A stretch of DNA of 58,512 nt, taken from positions 1-58,512 of the IMG/VR virus record IMGVR_UViG_3300044646_001108. The stretch is one strand, 5' to 3'. Source of the stretch: a virus. Its lineage: Duplodnaviria > Caudoviricetes. The stretch's first letter is position 1, and every line of letters starts with the position of its first letter. This document shows positions 19,901 to 27,312 of this stretch, in pieces. The notes under the pieces are model-generated. The model did no database searches and was not told the DNA's origin. It worked only from the letters and a program-made list of their open reading frames with translations. A program made the position numbers and the translations under genes.

Positions 19901-20410
19901 AAGACTTCCTGTGCCAACGCGAGCAGCGTCGCCCACAAACTCGCCAACGCTGTAGTCCTGTGAAGTGCCAGCCGTGCCGCCGAACTCAGGCGAAACACCG
20001 TCTGGCATACCGGCTTGCGGCTCTGCTGGTAACGCGCTGCGACTGACCTGGGGCTGCGCAGGAGCGGCAGAAGCTGCAGAAGCGGCTGGTCTGGAAGCCT
20101 GGGCGGGGGCGGGAGCGACTCTTTGCTGTTGTTGAACAGCTGTCGGTATTGCTTGCGCGCGAGCGGGCGGCGGTGTGTCTGCAACAGGCAGAGCCGGGTC
20201 AGGAAGAGGCGGAGCAGCTGGCTTCACCCCACCGACGTTTGCGCGGCGCAGAATCCGAATAGACAGATCGTCTGTCGCCTCGGAGCCGCCAGTAATTGCC
20301 TCAGAAGTCTGGGCTGCAGCAGCATCTTGCATAGCCGCAGCACGACGACCCGGCTCACCAGTAATGCCTGCCCGACGCAGGACCCGGTCTTCAAATGACA
20401 GTTCGCTCAT
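10949..20410 (-). CDS. Large polyvalent virion/ejection protein (metallopeptidase, RelA/SpoT-like, HhH-like, ART-like, MuF-C/PBECR-like, LPD38-like domains)
   Basis: 3153 aa, last gene of the ejection cluster. Motifs: WHELTH; GPIKKFPRAFGK...GDVVRST...SGYRD...VELQ...AHKLYE; VHYG...RVYFY...GYDGY; IADPVAVF...IASVY; NLTVNFNRRG...LFINPAIQG. Confidence 0.85.
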   Translation of the reverse strand: MSELSFEDRVLRRAGITGEPGRRAAAMQDAAAAQTSEAITGGSEATDDLSIRILRRANVGGVKPAAPPLPDPALPVADTPPPARAQAIPTAVQQQQRVAPAPAQASRPAASAASAAPAQPQVSRSALPAEPQAGMPDGVSPEFGGTAGTSQDYSVGEFVGDAARVGTGSLVGGTLRAPKGVESGVKGIVRDVATGDIMDKGTPGMRLFNYARMALMDALGIRSIQDQMEDKQQARIAVDRALSGVSVPGTDALANYGDKVQKDILAGMSEEGKRRMAGAEPKGNIFKGEFSWGDDPTVAGYALQAVGVLGSLAPVVATAIVTRNPNAAAAVGGGMAAGEGVNSAKEYIGKLSHQQLLEVSPYYKAMIDRKIPQAEARRIVTDKAGESAAVLQGMVAALGGRVTGKLVTGAYDDLLARVGGRTVAGRVAVGGSASALEEGVQEVGEGVAADIGIRSQIENKEIGEGSAANLVLGAIGGGPVGAVRAAIPTNEQRIADAIDRGVESRSFDDVQTGQQAISALDPNRGTPTAVENLIKPGAIVNDTPGPDARYDRGRVDPSFDPLAAPPAADPFSPQGLVNDIPNPDDRYNRGRVEPSVDLDAFAQGVMAGGERTDPALGDLDQNLPGATADQQLSTAVPGQNSDLNLGQAQPQAQPMSLRSDVSAAGTVDQNDLQQMLDEVDARNQQALGTAVSQQQSQPETLTNALASIGQDLGVNPGEQLNVTEVTSDKRLNTFAKALAQAFGVNVHWVDFGEQGMTVTNEAGETRNLGAFNGYRVGDTILVGANADLMDTTWHELTHVLETRYADVYKALRDAVVKAVDPQMQQRLFDSLNASRMREVGRPMTQQELESELVAYTVGQQATDPQLLNRLFDSFQDKTLAQQFKDILVDILNKLSAALRGPQYIKDRQRVIQAREAIVNAFKEYQKREAAKSSMPPALAAVVARGGVAPVTSAAQPAQPGATGVGTGSFQSSQAAPASLGRFPMYSGYQMSAPTVTFGGAQSATGAAPQAKRREPPPPPREQLVTALVEGRNIPATVLLAEQDIFQVYQNTKALLARAPTIKARYDTRMLRVADREGMTLQAGPIKKFPRAFGKIWFDYGGDHTKIGDVVRSTLVVEDLRELDNMIDAVTSFFPGVVVKRNGWDPAAPVHPSGYRDVFFKGAQIAGFPVELQMNFAQMLDAKGVAHKLYEQAEKLRRAMSSRENPMSPGDLSAAQDKINELEREQFEIYSEAAEEVFDRVNRARQSASDMGTPSDVQVDSPNVRGAVSPVRGLSSQAESPPLGARVTGTPPTSKNVVPAGNEVGIDATLSSPRAIPNESVPQQQVSVQAQRRLPVEPANPLSPTVDAQEAEGRIARRLKRKDGVGSPVNDRVEFGSGNQKLVLGKITAQDWLDRVQLLLSSEELKDSRSWYRQLDEALRPVFGGTTPQYALAWLMSQKRASPTKGMTDVLRAADMAAGKQEVKKAGLNQDALIDILSGRMPEGGIGAKLMDFLDSELGRSTRTIVKDDPRGRQPAAIDVWATRDIGFVDETVFEFLRKRFGDEAVQQLAPDKTTTGESQYEYGIDFYNDVVDFLNSRNFDGGGWTAREVQAVGWVTMQRAMGIRAEFVRDIIGGNTRRVSIGLAPGADSVLAGKLAGKEIPVDVAQREISFLADLAGIRVRQNVSGVGAYLQWIEGAIQIDALASPEAVSDFMDMVGYAFQQTEVISTRPLASGKNMAIDVMSPDLKTVDQATSFFAKFLESAPKDKEGNILAPGFQQIVVDGVPGIRLLNFAGNWRQTQVAEILRAINTTEDSLGVKLTDINTKQVVLESTKNDWKESPNGDVYLNSLRNRGRLQESEQLQRRYAPSRVDVAGDGTVSWQPAAASRVVRLDQPPIRSGTGGGRILGEAQPGASSFVGVHYGNARTETLVGNRYGTGIKGAEARRLDGSGDPRIKRRVYFYIENDMGRMPRAESGLGQYVYSQQFDNILAPGDDMSRLYRASQQDFNAFESSIVDAGYDGYAVPNMGMMVILNHDVPVDYEGTRTEITQRAEKPALTEAGQFSRRDVQLAADGDPRAPRVFGISKTPAVLKAVGSPDQLVVMDPATVMKVVNPGMFGKNTEDAVRRNTVGMVVPVKARIALTVDELRDVPRQIADPVAVFRSEGDRAGRRYGYKVLLDLVKDGNPVVAIVHPDVRYGDDRATQIASVYPMNEDRSLAETNGELTRTGQLLYFHKGKALALASKIGNKLPSLSRTAAVGSKAPGQVPNRQFQPLSNSNFARQVSLQGNRFALGERTMTERVSNMLANEVSRATDVQQQVVAQGGVVTEETNIENSLHRMHGRAGNRIDDFRKNVVRPLIQEAAQQGVDLNDVALYMYANHAAERNAHIASINPQFAGDGSGMSNADAQSVIASLQAKGAQFAKIKSIADRFQAITRLTGQTLLDGGLIDNATLQSWRSGWQYYVPLKGFERIAEGKATGNPRFDPRDPFFRRAMGRGSRAGQIVENILKDYEEAIVAAEKNKLRQAVLKFFLQNPDSALWDVDPMVMQKRWNKTNNIVDYALVKDEGVNTIGVRVNGVPRSIRINDPGLLSDLQMTPLLSGKLAEVYLGVFGSINRTLGKLWTALSPAFVLINAGRDLEYATAKTAVERGGKATIDIWRDFMPVAYSVMRAERNNNWAGNPELRAYYDMYRTDGGKTGFMDLVGLEQRQQRVISDYRNAQASLKEPRTYHRLALRYLQSAEDLIMDVNAGIENAARVAAYKSVIERAGYNHTNAPKAVREEAATVAKNLTVNFNRRGKMTPFLAPLYLFINPAIQGAVSVSKLVMSKKGGALAGSLVGLGYIVATMAAGAAGDDDDPYWDKESNRSAKLKNLMWFGPNGEQYTVPLAYGLGFFVNLGYAMKDLERGRDPWKVAAFMRDSFFTHFSPLGAADNAATFVSPTIVDPFIVLTSEKRENGMPLLPPDYKGGATPDSERYWTNTRDTFLQRFTTWMNEATGGSPGKSGKVDVSPETLSYLLTFTTGGAGTFVKDTITAVDLSLNVGPDAALDKNAYPILKAFYRRDTGRGDQSSFFENSQRVKEAKAELQNAESDNASANARARIRENELFAQLDSSQRFIVKQLSLLRKEEIDIRDNKSLSRREQYDRLQFIDKERRKLESEFNKEFYAIQRQAGEPR
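16427..16456 (+). promoter_or_regulatory. Internal antisense sigma70 promoter
   Basis: TTGTAC-18-TACACT with extended -10 (TGgTACACT), 31 nt upstream of GTG 16488. Confidence 0.55.
16488..16727 (+). CDS. Candidate nested antisense gene, 79 aa (putative immunity/antitoxin)
   Basis: Own promoter and AGGAGA RBS 7 nt before GTG. Globular-looking sequence (FFDVGGVPV...AWDD...PRTF...PMSEADWRALF) opposite an S/P/G-rich linker of the host ORF. Confidence 0.6.
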   Translation: MASIPTSFPAGTTFFDVGGVPVTRAPNGGLSAWDDNPRTGETAPRTFGLSTWTSEGVPMSEADWRALFTRSNTSSAASE

Positions 20411-20412
20411 CG

Positions 20413-21873
20413 TTACTCATCCGCTGCTGGAAGCGCTTGCGCGGCTTGACCCTGCTGATTGAATCGTCGACCGTAGTTCACTAGCACCCCGGCAAGCTCG
20501 CCACCGTCCGCCCTCTTCCTCCAGTCATCGAAGATTTCTGCGTGAGCAGCAGCTTCAATGGCTCGCTTCTCCTCCCTGGTCATGGCGCGCTTGAGTGAAT
20601 CCTCTTGGCGCTGGATGAGGTTAGGCAGGACGGCGTTGACCTGCTGGCGCATGATCGAGAACTGATCGTTCGCGAACACCTGAGCAGCTGCACCCTGCAA
20701 ACCGCCCTTAGTCCTCGCCCACTCTTGAATGGAGCCGTGTTGAGCGAACGCGCCGGTAACAGCTGGCACCTTGCCGTCCAGGTTTGCGAACGCTGAAGCG
20801 AACCGCTGGGCGCTGGTTGCGGTGTCGGTCTTTATTCCAGCCGCATCATTTCTTCCACGGTAGTAATCAGTCTGCGCGCCAATCAATCCCTTGCGGGCGT
20901 CGAGCAGCGAGGCATTTGTCCGCGCATTGGATGCGCTCGCGTTGGCGCTGGTAACGGCAGCGTTGGCATTCGTGACCGCAGCATCTCCAGCCTTGCCCTG
21001 GTAAGTGATGGTGGACTGGTCCTTCATCGCGGCAAGGGGCTTGCCAATGGCGGCGTCGTACACCTCTGGGGCGTATAGCGCAGCCAGATGCCCAATCGGG
21101 GTCCGCGTGACTGTCTCGCGACCATTTCCATCCGTAGCTCTGCGCACCGCAAAGATGTTTGGAAAGCCGTAGCTCTTGCTGCTCTTGTCTTCATCTACGC
21201 CGCCAACAATCGTCAGATTGCTGGGGTCCATACCAAGCTTTGCCGCAAGTGATGCAGTAGCCTGCTGGTCTCCGCTCAGCGCCTGACGGAACATGTCCCT
21301 GTTGCCTCGCTGTTCAAGCATGTTGCCAAAGGTGATCAGCGAGTTCATCTCGCCCTGGTCAACCTTGCCAGCCTTTGCGCGAGCCTGGAATACTGCGACC
21401 TGAAAATCAGCGATGCCGCGCAGACCCTCCGGGGAGGTAAGGTCAAGGGGCACACGGGACTTGATTGTTGCGGGAGGGGGCGGGATGACCGTGTCCGGCT
21501 GCTTGACCCCATTAACCACCGCCCCAGGTTGAGCGAAAGCCACTTCGCGACCAGCAGGCTGGGCGTTTGGATTCGGGCGCTCAACGTCCTTGAATAGGTA
21601 TCGGCTTGCAGCGTCGTTGATGCCGGTGATCATGTCTTCTTCGCGTTGACGCTGACGGCGCTGGTACTCCTGGTTCTCAACCTCAAAGCCAAATCGCTTT
21701 TCCTGCCGACCGGCTTCGGCTTCAGCAAATCGTTGACGCTGCCGCTCGCCCTGCAGCTGAGACATGGTGAGGGCGGAGCGACGCGAGCCTTCCATGCCGC
21801 GCTCATTGGCGTCCGCCGCTTCGTTGAGGACATCCGCGATGCCCTTCTGGGGTGGGATTGCGTAGGTCGCCAT
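20413..21873 (-). CDS. Internal virion / DNA ejection protein
   Basis: Ala/Gln-rich helical protein directly upstream of the polyvalent protein. Confidence 0.65.
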   Translation of the reverse strand: MATYAIPPQKGIADVLNEAADANERGMEGSRRSALTMSQLQGERQRQRFAEAEAGRQEKRFGFEVENQEYQRRQRQREEDMITGINDAASRYLFKDVERPNPNAQPAGREVAFAQPGAVVNGVKQPDTVIPPPPATIKSRVPLDLTSPEGLRGIADFQVAVFQARAKAGKVDQGEMNSLITFGNMLEQRGNRDMFRQALSGDQQATASLAAKLGMDPSNLTIVGGVDEDKSSKSYGFPNIFAVRRATDGNGRETVTRTPIGHLAALYAPEVYDAAIGKPLAAMKDQSTITYQGKAGDAAVTNANAAVTSANASASNARTNASLLDARKGLIGAQTDYYRGRNDAAGIKTDTATSAQRFASAFANLDGKVPAVTGAFAQHGSIQEWARTKGGLQGAAAQVFANDQFSIMRQQVNAVLPNLIQRQEDSLKRAMTREEKRAIEAAAHAEIFDDWRKRADGGELAGVLVNYGRRFNQQGQAAQALPAADE

Positions 21874-23159
21874 CAGCTTCTCCGAATTGCTTGTTTCCGC
21901 ACTGGGGTATGGGTTTCCTGAACTAGGTTGTCGAGAGCCTCTTTGCCGACCTTGCGTACCGTGTCAGCAGGCAAGACATACTCGCCGTTCGAAAGGCGAA
22001 TGGGGTCTCCGGTGTCCTGGTTTACAGCCTTGACGCTGTCCGACGTCCCAGTTCCGGGTCCGCGCACAATCCCGCCGCCCTTCATCTTCTTGGCTTTGCG
22101 TGAGCCGCCGCTCAGGGCTTCAACCTTGGCATCAAGGTCCTTGATTGCGCCCAGTGCCACACCGATGGCGTCTTGAACGTTGATTGCCTTGCCGTTGCCA
22201 ACACCCGTCTGGCGAGCGAAGTCTTCGGCATAAGGACCGACGTGTCGCCCTTCGTCCTCGACGCCCTCTTTGTAAGTCCAGCGCTCAACTGGCATGTTCC
22301 GAACAGCGCCAAGAGCCTCGCCGCGAGCCATTGGCTGCTTATCCTTCTTCATGTCTTCTGACGACATGAAGTACATCATTGCCGCAGTGCCAGCCAGCTG
22401 CCCAAGCCCCGATATGGCGGCGTTGTCTGCTTGGTACGCGGTCAGCTGGTTTGCGTACTGCTGGTTCATCATGTTCCCAAGAGAGCCCTGCCCCGCCATT
22501 GCCCCGCTGAGACCACGCATCGCCCCGTCGTAACCCCGCGCCATGCCAGCGTCTTGCGCATTGAACAGCGCGGCGTTGCTGTTGCCAACATTGGAGCCAG
22601 TGCCGATTGCCGACAGCTGCGTCTGCGGAAGATTTCTTCCGACGTTGATGGCGTTCGTGCGCTTCTGGTCGAGCATCTGATCCGCAGCCAGTCGGGCGTT
22701 GGTCATTGCGCCAGCCTTCTGCGCAGTCGTTGCCAGAGCAATCTCGTTGTTCAGGTCTGCAAACCGGGCGGCATTGGGGTTGATGCCCATGCGCGACAGG
22801 TTGCGAACAGCTGTTGCCCTGGCTGTCGACGCAGCCTGCTCGACGTCAGACGCCGCGCGACCAGCCATGAGATTTCTGTACCCGGCTCTGTCTTGATTCA
22901 GTGCCTCGGTAACCATCTGGTTCTCTAGAGCCCTGAACGGCTGGCGGTCATCCTGCGCTTCGCGAGCCATCTGCATCGCCATGCGCTGACCTTCCAGGTT
23001 TGCGTTGACCATGCGCTGGTAGAAAGGCATGGTCTCCTGGAATCGGCGCTCAGAAAATTCCATCTGTCGGTTGCCGAGCGCGGTCATCTGATTGCCGAGC
23101 GCGGTCATCGCATTGGCGATGGGGGTCATGTCTGGCGGCGGCGGCGCATCACTGCACAT
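21873..23159 (-). CDS. DNA ejection protein with S74 intramolecular-chaperone domain
   Basis: MCSDAPPPPD N-terminus; SSEDMKKD...WTYK...HVGPYAED...AIKDLDAKV (S74-like). Confidence 0.7.
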   Translation of the reverse strand: MCSDAPPPPDMTPIANAMTALGNQMTALGNRQMEFSERRFQETMPFYQRMVNANLEGQRMAMQMAREAQDDRQPFRALENQMVTEALNQDRAGYRNLMAGRAASDVEQAASTARATAVRNLSRMGINPNAARFADLNNEIALATTAQKAGAMTNARLAADQMLDQKRTNAINVGRNLPQTQLSAIGTGSNVGNSNAALFNAQDAGMARGYDGAMRGLSGAMAGQGSLGNMMNQQYANQLTAYQADNAAISGLGQLAGTAAMMYFMSSEDMKKDKQPMARGEALGAVRNMPVERWTYKEGVEDEGRHVGPYAEDFARQTGVGNGKAINVQDAIGVALGAIKDLDAKVEALSGGSRKAKKMKGGGIVRGPGTGTSDSVKAVNQDTGDPIRLSNGEYVLPADTVRKVGKEALDNLVQETHTPVRKQAIRRS

Positions 23160-23760
23160 GTGCTTCTCCTAAAACTTTGATCAGTTGATTGGCTGTGTGC
23201 TGATAGCCCAGCGCTTGTAAAAGATCGCCCACTCGGTTCACGGTCTTGACGGTGACGCGAATCTCAGTGACCCCAAGGGTCGCAAGAACACGCTCGACGT
23301 ACTGGATCAGCTTGATGCCGATCCGCCCCTTGCGGTGTTCTTTGTCAATGAAGATGGTGTCCTCTTCGGCAATCCACTTTCTTGTGTGCGTGGACTGGGT
23401 CAGATACATCATGCAGTTCCCAACCAACTGACCATTGGTGCGAACCGTGAACAGCATGAAGCGCCCGGTGCGCTCGGCGTTGACCATGTAGTCATAGTCA
23501 GGGTCCAGAGCAACGCCGTGCCTGTACCCTTCAGTTTCTTCCCAATGTCTGCAGTGAAGAGGCTTGACGTCTTCGATAACGTCCTCAATGCGCTCGCACT
23601 GCAGTGAGTAACCGCAGTACTCCTGCGCATCAAATTGGTCAACGTCAATACGACTGAGCCGAACCTGCGACGCTGCGTGAATGATCCCAACAGCCAACTC
23701 GGGGGTAAGCCGGTTGCCAAGATTTTGCTCAAGCGCCAGTTGAAGTGCATCAAGATTCAT
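23149..23760 (-). CDS. GNAT acetyltransferase
   Basis: EDTIFIDKEHRKGRIGIKLI...LGY; position before the ejection genes as in podoviruses. Confidence 0.8.
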   Translation of the reverse strand: MNLDALQLALEQNLGNRLTPELAVGIIHAASQVRLSRIDVDQFDAQEYCGYSLQCERIEDVIEDVKPLHCRHWEETEGYRHGVALDPDYDYMVNAERTGRFMLFTVRTNGQLVGNCMMYLTQSTHTRKWIAEEDTIFIDKEHRKGRIGIKLIQYVERVLATLGVTEIRVTVKTVNRVGDLLQALGYQHTANQLIKVLGEAHVQ

Positions 23761-24031
23761 GCTGGCGACGGTAGTCAATGATTTTCTCAATGGTCTTGAT
23801 TTGGACCTGCGTCTGACGCATTCCCTCTTCAATCATTTTGTTGCGCCTGTCGCCAATAAAGTCTTCGGCGTACAGGTGCTGCTCAGAAGGCACTTCCCAC
23901 TCTTCTTGAGTTACAAACTTTGCACCCTTGTATTCGCAGGTGAAGGTAAAGTGGATGCCAACTACCCTCCCCTGAAAATAGCGGACTTCGTGGTGGACAG
24001 GGACGTACTTAACGTCTTTGTCGAGAATCAT
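23750..24031 (-). CDS. Hypothetical protein
   Basis: Coupled ORF in the late operon. Confidence 0.55.
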   Translation of the reverse strand: MILDKDVKYVPVHHEVRYFQGRVVGIHFTFTCEYKGAKFVTQEEWEVPSEQHLYAEDFIGDRRNKMIEEGMRQTQVQIKTIEKIIDYRRQHES

Positions 24032-24231
24032 GAGACCCCCATTTCCTCTTTGTAGCGAGCCTCAACCACAGCAACCAGGTCCTGATGGTCGATCTCAAAA
24101 ACACCTTCAAGCGTCACTGAGCAATCGTCCTTTACGCGCGTCATGCTGCCGACATCCTCAAGGACCCTGAACTTAACCGTAGTGAGTAGCGAGCCAATGT
24201 TTCGCTCGACTGAATAAACTTGAAACCTCAC
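24028..24231 (-). CDS. Hypothetical protein
   Basis: Coupled ORF (GTGA overlap). Confidence 0.5.
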   Translation of the reverse strand: MRFQVYSVERNIGSLLTTVKFRVLEDVGSMTRVKDDCSVTLEGVFEIDHQDLVAVVEARYKEEMGVS

Positions 24232-25076
24232 GACTTGAACCTCCCAAAAAACACCTTAAAGCTCATGAGAAAGTTGCTGGCAATGGAATACGAGCCAGTT
24301 GTTTCAAAGCTTCCTGGATTTGCGGTAACCGACGCGTTGCTGCTCTGATTGCGAATGGTGAGCTTGCCCGTCGCGTTGTTGATGCCGACAGATATGATCC
24401 GCCTCAGCCAACTTGTGCCATCCACATTGCCCCCCGTTTCAAGAAGGATTGAGCCTTGAAACGACATTGTCCCGGACGGAAGAGATGTGTAAATACTTGT
24501 GTTGGTTATAGGGTCAGAGCCAGCGACACTTCGACTGCCAGTAGCCTGAACAATCAAGAAGTCGATGCTTATGCTACTGCCGTCTTCATCAACCGGAGAG
24601 TCAGCAATTGCAACCGTTGAGTCGTATTCGTTCGCGGATATAACAAAACCATACGTTGGAACGTCGACATATTGAGTCTCATAAAACCCAGGCGGGTCTA
24701 CCAAAGTGGTGCCACAAATGACCCCGTATACCGGCGGCTCGTACACAAAGTAAATGTATGAGTATCCTGGCGAAAACACCCCGGTGAAAAAGTCATAATA
24801 CCCAGGATCGTAAACATAAACAGAATAAAAGCTGCCTGGGCTTATTTCTCCGTAGGTGCATGCGTACTCATAGTATGGCGGAGGGTCGACAAAAACCACA
24901 TTCGGCACTACGATATACCCGAGAAACGCTTGTTCCCCAGTTGGGTTTGGGTAATTAACAGCAACGTCTGCAATATAAGCAGAACCTACAATGTGGGGCA
25001 TATTTTCGTCGGTGTCGAAAATAGTGTCAGCCCCGGCTGTCACCCTAATCCTGGAGTTGCTCGCCGTAAATGTCAT
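24228..25076 (-). CDS. Tail-associated protein with Tyr/Pro-rich insertion
   Basis: Beta-rich sequence; central DPPPYY...DPPGFY segment. Confidence 0.55.
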   Translation of the reverse strand: MTFTASNSRIRVTAGADTIFDTDENMPHIVGSAYIADVAVNYPNPTGEQAFLGYIVVPNVVFVDPPPYYEYACTYGEISPGSFYSVYVYDPGYYDFFTGVFSPGYSYIYFVYEPPVYGVICGTTLVDPPGFYETQYVDVPTYGFVISANEYDSTVAIADSPVDEDGSSISIDFLIVQATGSRSVAGSDPITNTSIYTSLPSGTMSFQGSILLETGGNVDGTSWLRRIISVGINNATGKLTIRNQSSNASVTANPGSFETTGSYSIASNFLMSFKVFFGRFKS

Positions 25077-25339
25077 GCTGTTGCGATTGCCACGGCAGCG
25101 GCTCCGGTAAAAGTTCCGTTGTATGTGGTGTCTGAGACGTTCGACCCACTTGGGGTTGTGTACCGCAGCCCGCCGTTTTTTACATCCATGTTTTTAGATA
25201 CGACGAAACGCAAGTCCGGGGTGCCACTAACTCTCCGCATGTAACGGCGAGCGCTTGTCAACTTGCCATTGGAAGCGATGAAGGTTGTTGGAGTGATGTA
25301 GAGTGCATATGGCATTACGACGGGTTCCTGAAAATCCAA
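25073..25339 (-). CDS. Hypothetical tail protein (start may be a later ATG)
   Basis: Coupled ORF. Confidence 0.5.
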   Translation of the reverse strand: MDFQEPVVMPYALYITPTTFIASNGKLTSARRYMRRVSGTPDLRFVVSKNMDVKNGGLRYTTPSGSNVSDTTYNGTFTGAAAVAIATA

Positions 25340-25815
25340 ACCTTAAATGACTCAGTGATCGCTGGCAACGCGCTTTTGTATGTCACCCACGTTTCTTGAA
25401 CATAAATGCGCTGCGTCGTCATTGATATATTCAACAACCTGAACGAGGCGCCTACGTTCTGGAATGGAGAGGTAGGCGTTACCTGATCTGCGCCCCGAGC
25501 CGATGTTGCAAATGGTATATACCCCAGGTTGTGTGTGCTGATTTCGTATAAGTCGGTGCCGGATGTCGGCACATCGTATGTCACGTCATCCTTTTTGCCA
25601 GAGGTCGTCTGCGTGTTTGCCGCCCGGTACGGGAAAGTGAGTGAGGCAGTGACCGTGCTTTCCAGCGACATATACGAAAGATCAGAGTGGAAGAAAATGT
25701 TGGAGATATTCTTCTTTGGCTTGTTGAGGTAATCTGTGAGGGTCGCACTGGTAATGCCTCCGGCACAGATCATCACCTTGCCATCCGATCCCCGCGCATA
25801 AAGTCGGACAGGCAT
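25315..25815 (-). CDS. Putative tail protein
   Basis: FHSDLSY...HNLGYIPF motifs seen in tail-tip accessory proteins. Confidence 0.55.
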   Translation of the reverse strand: MPVRLYARGSDGKVMICAGGITSATLTDYLNKPKKNISNIFFHSDLSYMSLESTVTASLTFPYRAANTQTTSGKKDDVTYDVPTSGTDLYEISTHNLGYIPFATSARGADQVTPTSPFQNVGASFRLLNISMTTQRIYVQETWVTYKSALPAITESFKVWIFRNPS

Positions 25816-25816
25816 T

Positions 25817-26587
25817 TCACCGCCTATGCAACGGGCACCCGCCGATTTTCATGGAGTCTCTGGTCCATCGTGCGGGGTTAAAAGAAAACTTCTTAGCCCA
25901 ATCCAGCTTCTGCTTCTCGCTCTCGGTTATTGTTTCACAAACAATTTCAATATCGCGATTAAACCGAGGGGTTAAATAGGCGATTGCGTCGCCAGCATTG
26001 AATTGATATTTCACACCCTTGCCTTCGGGGGGCTTGGAGAAAATAGCGTTAATGTGACTGTGGTGTTGATAGTGAAACTCAATTTCACCGGGCATTGTCA
26101 TCCAGCGATGGTCTTGGTTGTGGTAAAACGGGTCGCTGAGAAACCAGGACACTGGCTCCTCTGTGAAAATGACCCACGGCGAAGTAATCTTCCAAGCCAT
26201 CCAATCATTGCCGATCATGCCGGGGTATTGACTTGGAGGATGATGCTCACCGCTGTGCATTAAACCTGGCGCGGCTCCTCCAACCTTTCCATCTGGCAAT
26301 ACGGTTACGCAGTAATCAGACCACATTGGTATTACCAACGAGTTCTCCCACAGCTTTTGAACTGCGTAGCAATGCTTGATAGTCTTTGCCATTTTGGGTG
26401 GCGCAAACGGGTTGAATCTTTTCTTCAACTCCGCGCTGGCAACCTCTTCGTCAAGGTAAGGCGGCACGCCACGCCACCAAGTTGGAAGCGCTTTTGACAG
26501 GCGAACAATCGGGAACAGCTGTGGAAGCATCTCCGTGGTTGTCAGACAACGAAGCGTGATCTTCTTGGTTTTCTTCCAAAACAGCAT
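25817..26587 (-). CDS. Hypothetical protein (possible beta-clip/dUTPase-like fold)
   Basis: PTWWR...TIKHC...IPMWSD...KITSPW...PG...AGDAIA pattern. Confidence 0.5.
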   Translation of the reverse strand: MLFWKKTKKITLRCLTTTEMLPQLFPIVRLSKALPTWWRGVPPYLDEEVASAELKKRFNPFAPPKMAKTIKHCYAVQKLWENSLVIPMWSDYCVTVLPDGKVGGAAPGLMHSGEHHPPSQYPGMIGNDWMAWKITSPWVIFTEEPVSWFLSDPFYHNQDHRWMTMPGEIEFHYQHHSHINAIFSKPPEGKGVKYQFNAGDAIAYLTPRFNRDIEIVCETITESEKQKLDWAKKFSFNPARWTRDSMKIGGCPLHRR

Positions 26588-26589
26588 GT

Positions 26590-27312
26590 TTACATCCTGT
26601 CCTTGTGTCGCAAAAACATGTACACGCTTTCGCGCCAAGTTCCAGCGAACTCTTGAATCGTGGACAGCCGGTTGTAAAAGTGGTGCAGGATGCGGTCGCC
26701 GTTCAGGTACACGCCGCAGTGGTCCGGTCCGTCTACGACGCCTCTCCCAACACGCATTAGGATTCCGTCGCCGTGTTGCGGGAACATCACCGGCTCAAAC
26801 CCACACAACTGCCAGCTGGTTAAAAACAGGTTTTGCCCCTGATAACTGCGCGACTGCATCAGGTAGTTGTCGGGCGTGACAATGTTGAGCAGCTTGATGC
26901 CAAGCTCCCGCTTGTAGTAGTCGATGATGAGCCGGTAGCAATCAGCCTGACCAATGCTCCACTGGCGCCCCTCAAATGGTGGGCTATCCTTAAACGTCAG
27001 CGGGTAAAACATCTTGAAGTGACCGCTGGGGTAGGCAACCTTTAGGATGCCCATGTTGTGGGTGTTCATCCAGTCGATGTCTTCGTTTGTTGCCGCCGCC
27101 TTTTCAGCGCGGCTTGAAAACACTCGCGCATACGTGCGGTCGCCGCTTTTTCTGGAGAGCCGCATATGACCACGAACGTTGTCGAGCCATATTTCAGCGC
27201 CGACGCCGTCGCTCATGATTGCCGAAGCTATCTCCGGCATGACGGTGATGAAGTGGACCTGCGCCTCACCGCATCTGTCGTCAAAGTTGATGCCGTATGC
27301 GGATTCCATCAA
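26590..27312 (-). CDS. Tail assembly protein K-like NlpC/P60 peptidase
   Basis: DCYRLIIDYY...HCGVYL...ILHH catalytic Cys/His. Confidence 0.8.
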   Translation of the reverse strand: MMESAYGINFDDRCGEAQVHFITVMPEIASAIMSDGVGAEIWLDNVRGHMRLSRKSGDRTYARVFSSRAEKAAATNEDIDWMNTHNMGILKVAYPSGHFKMFYPLTFKDSPPFEGRQWSIGQADCYRLIIDYYKRELGIKLLNIVTPDNYLMQSRSYQGQNLFLTSWQLCGFEPVMFPQHGDGILMRVGRGVVDGPDHCGVYLNGDRILHHFYNRLSTIQEFAGTWRESVYMFLRHKDRM

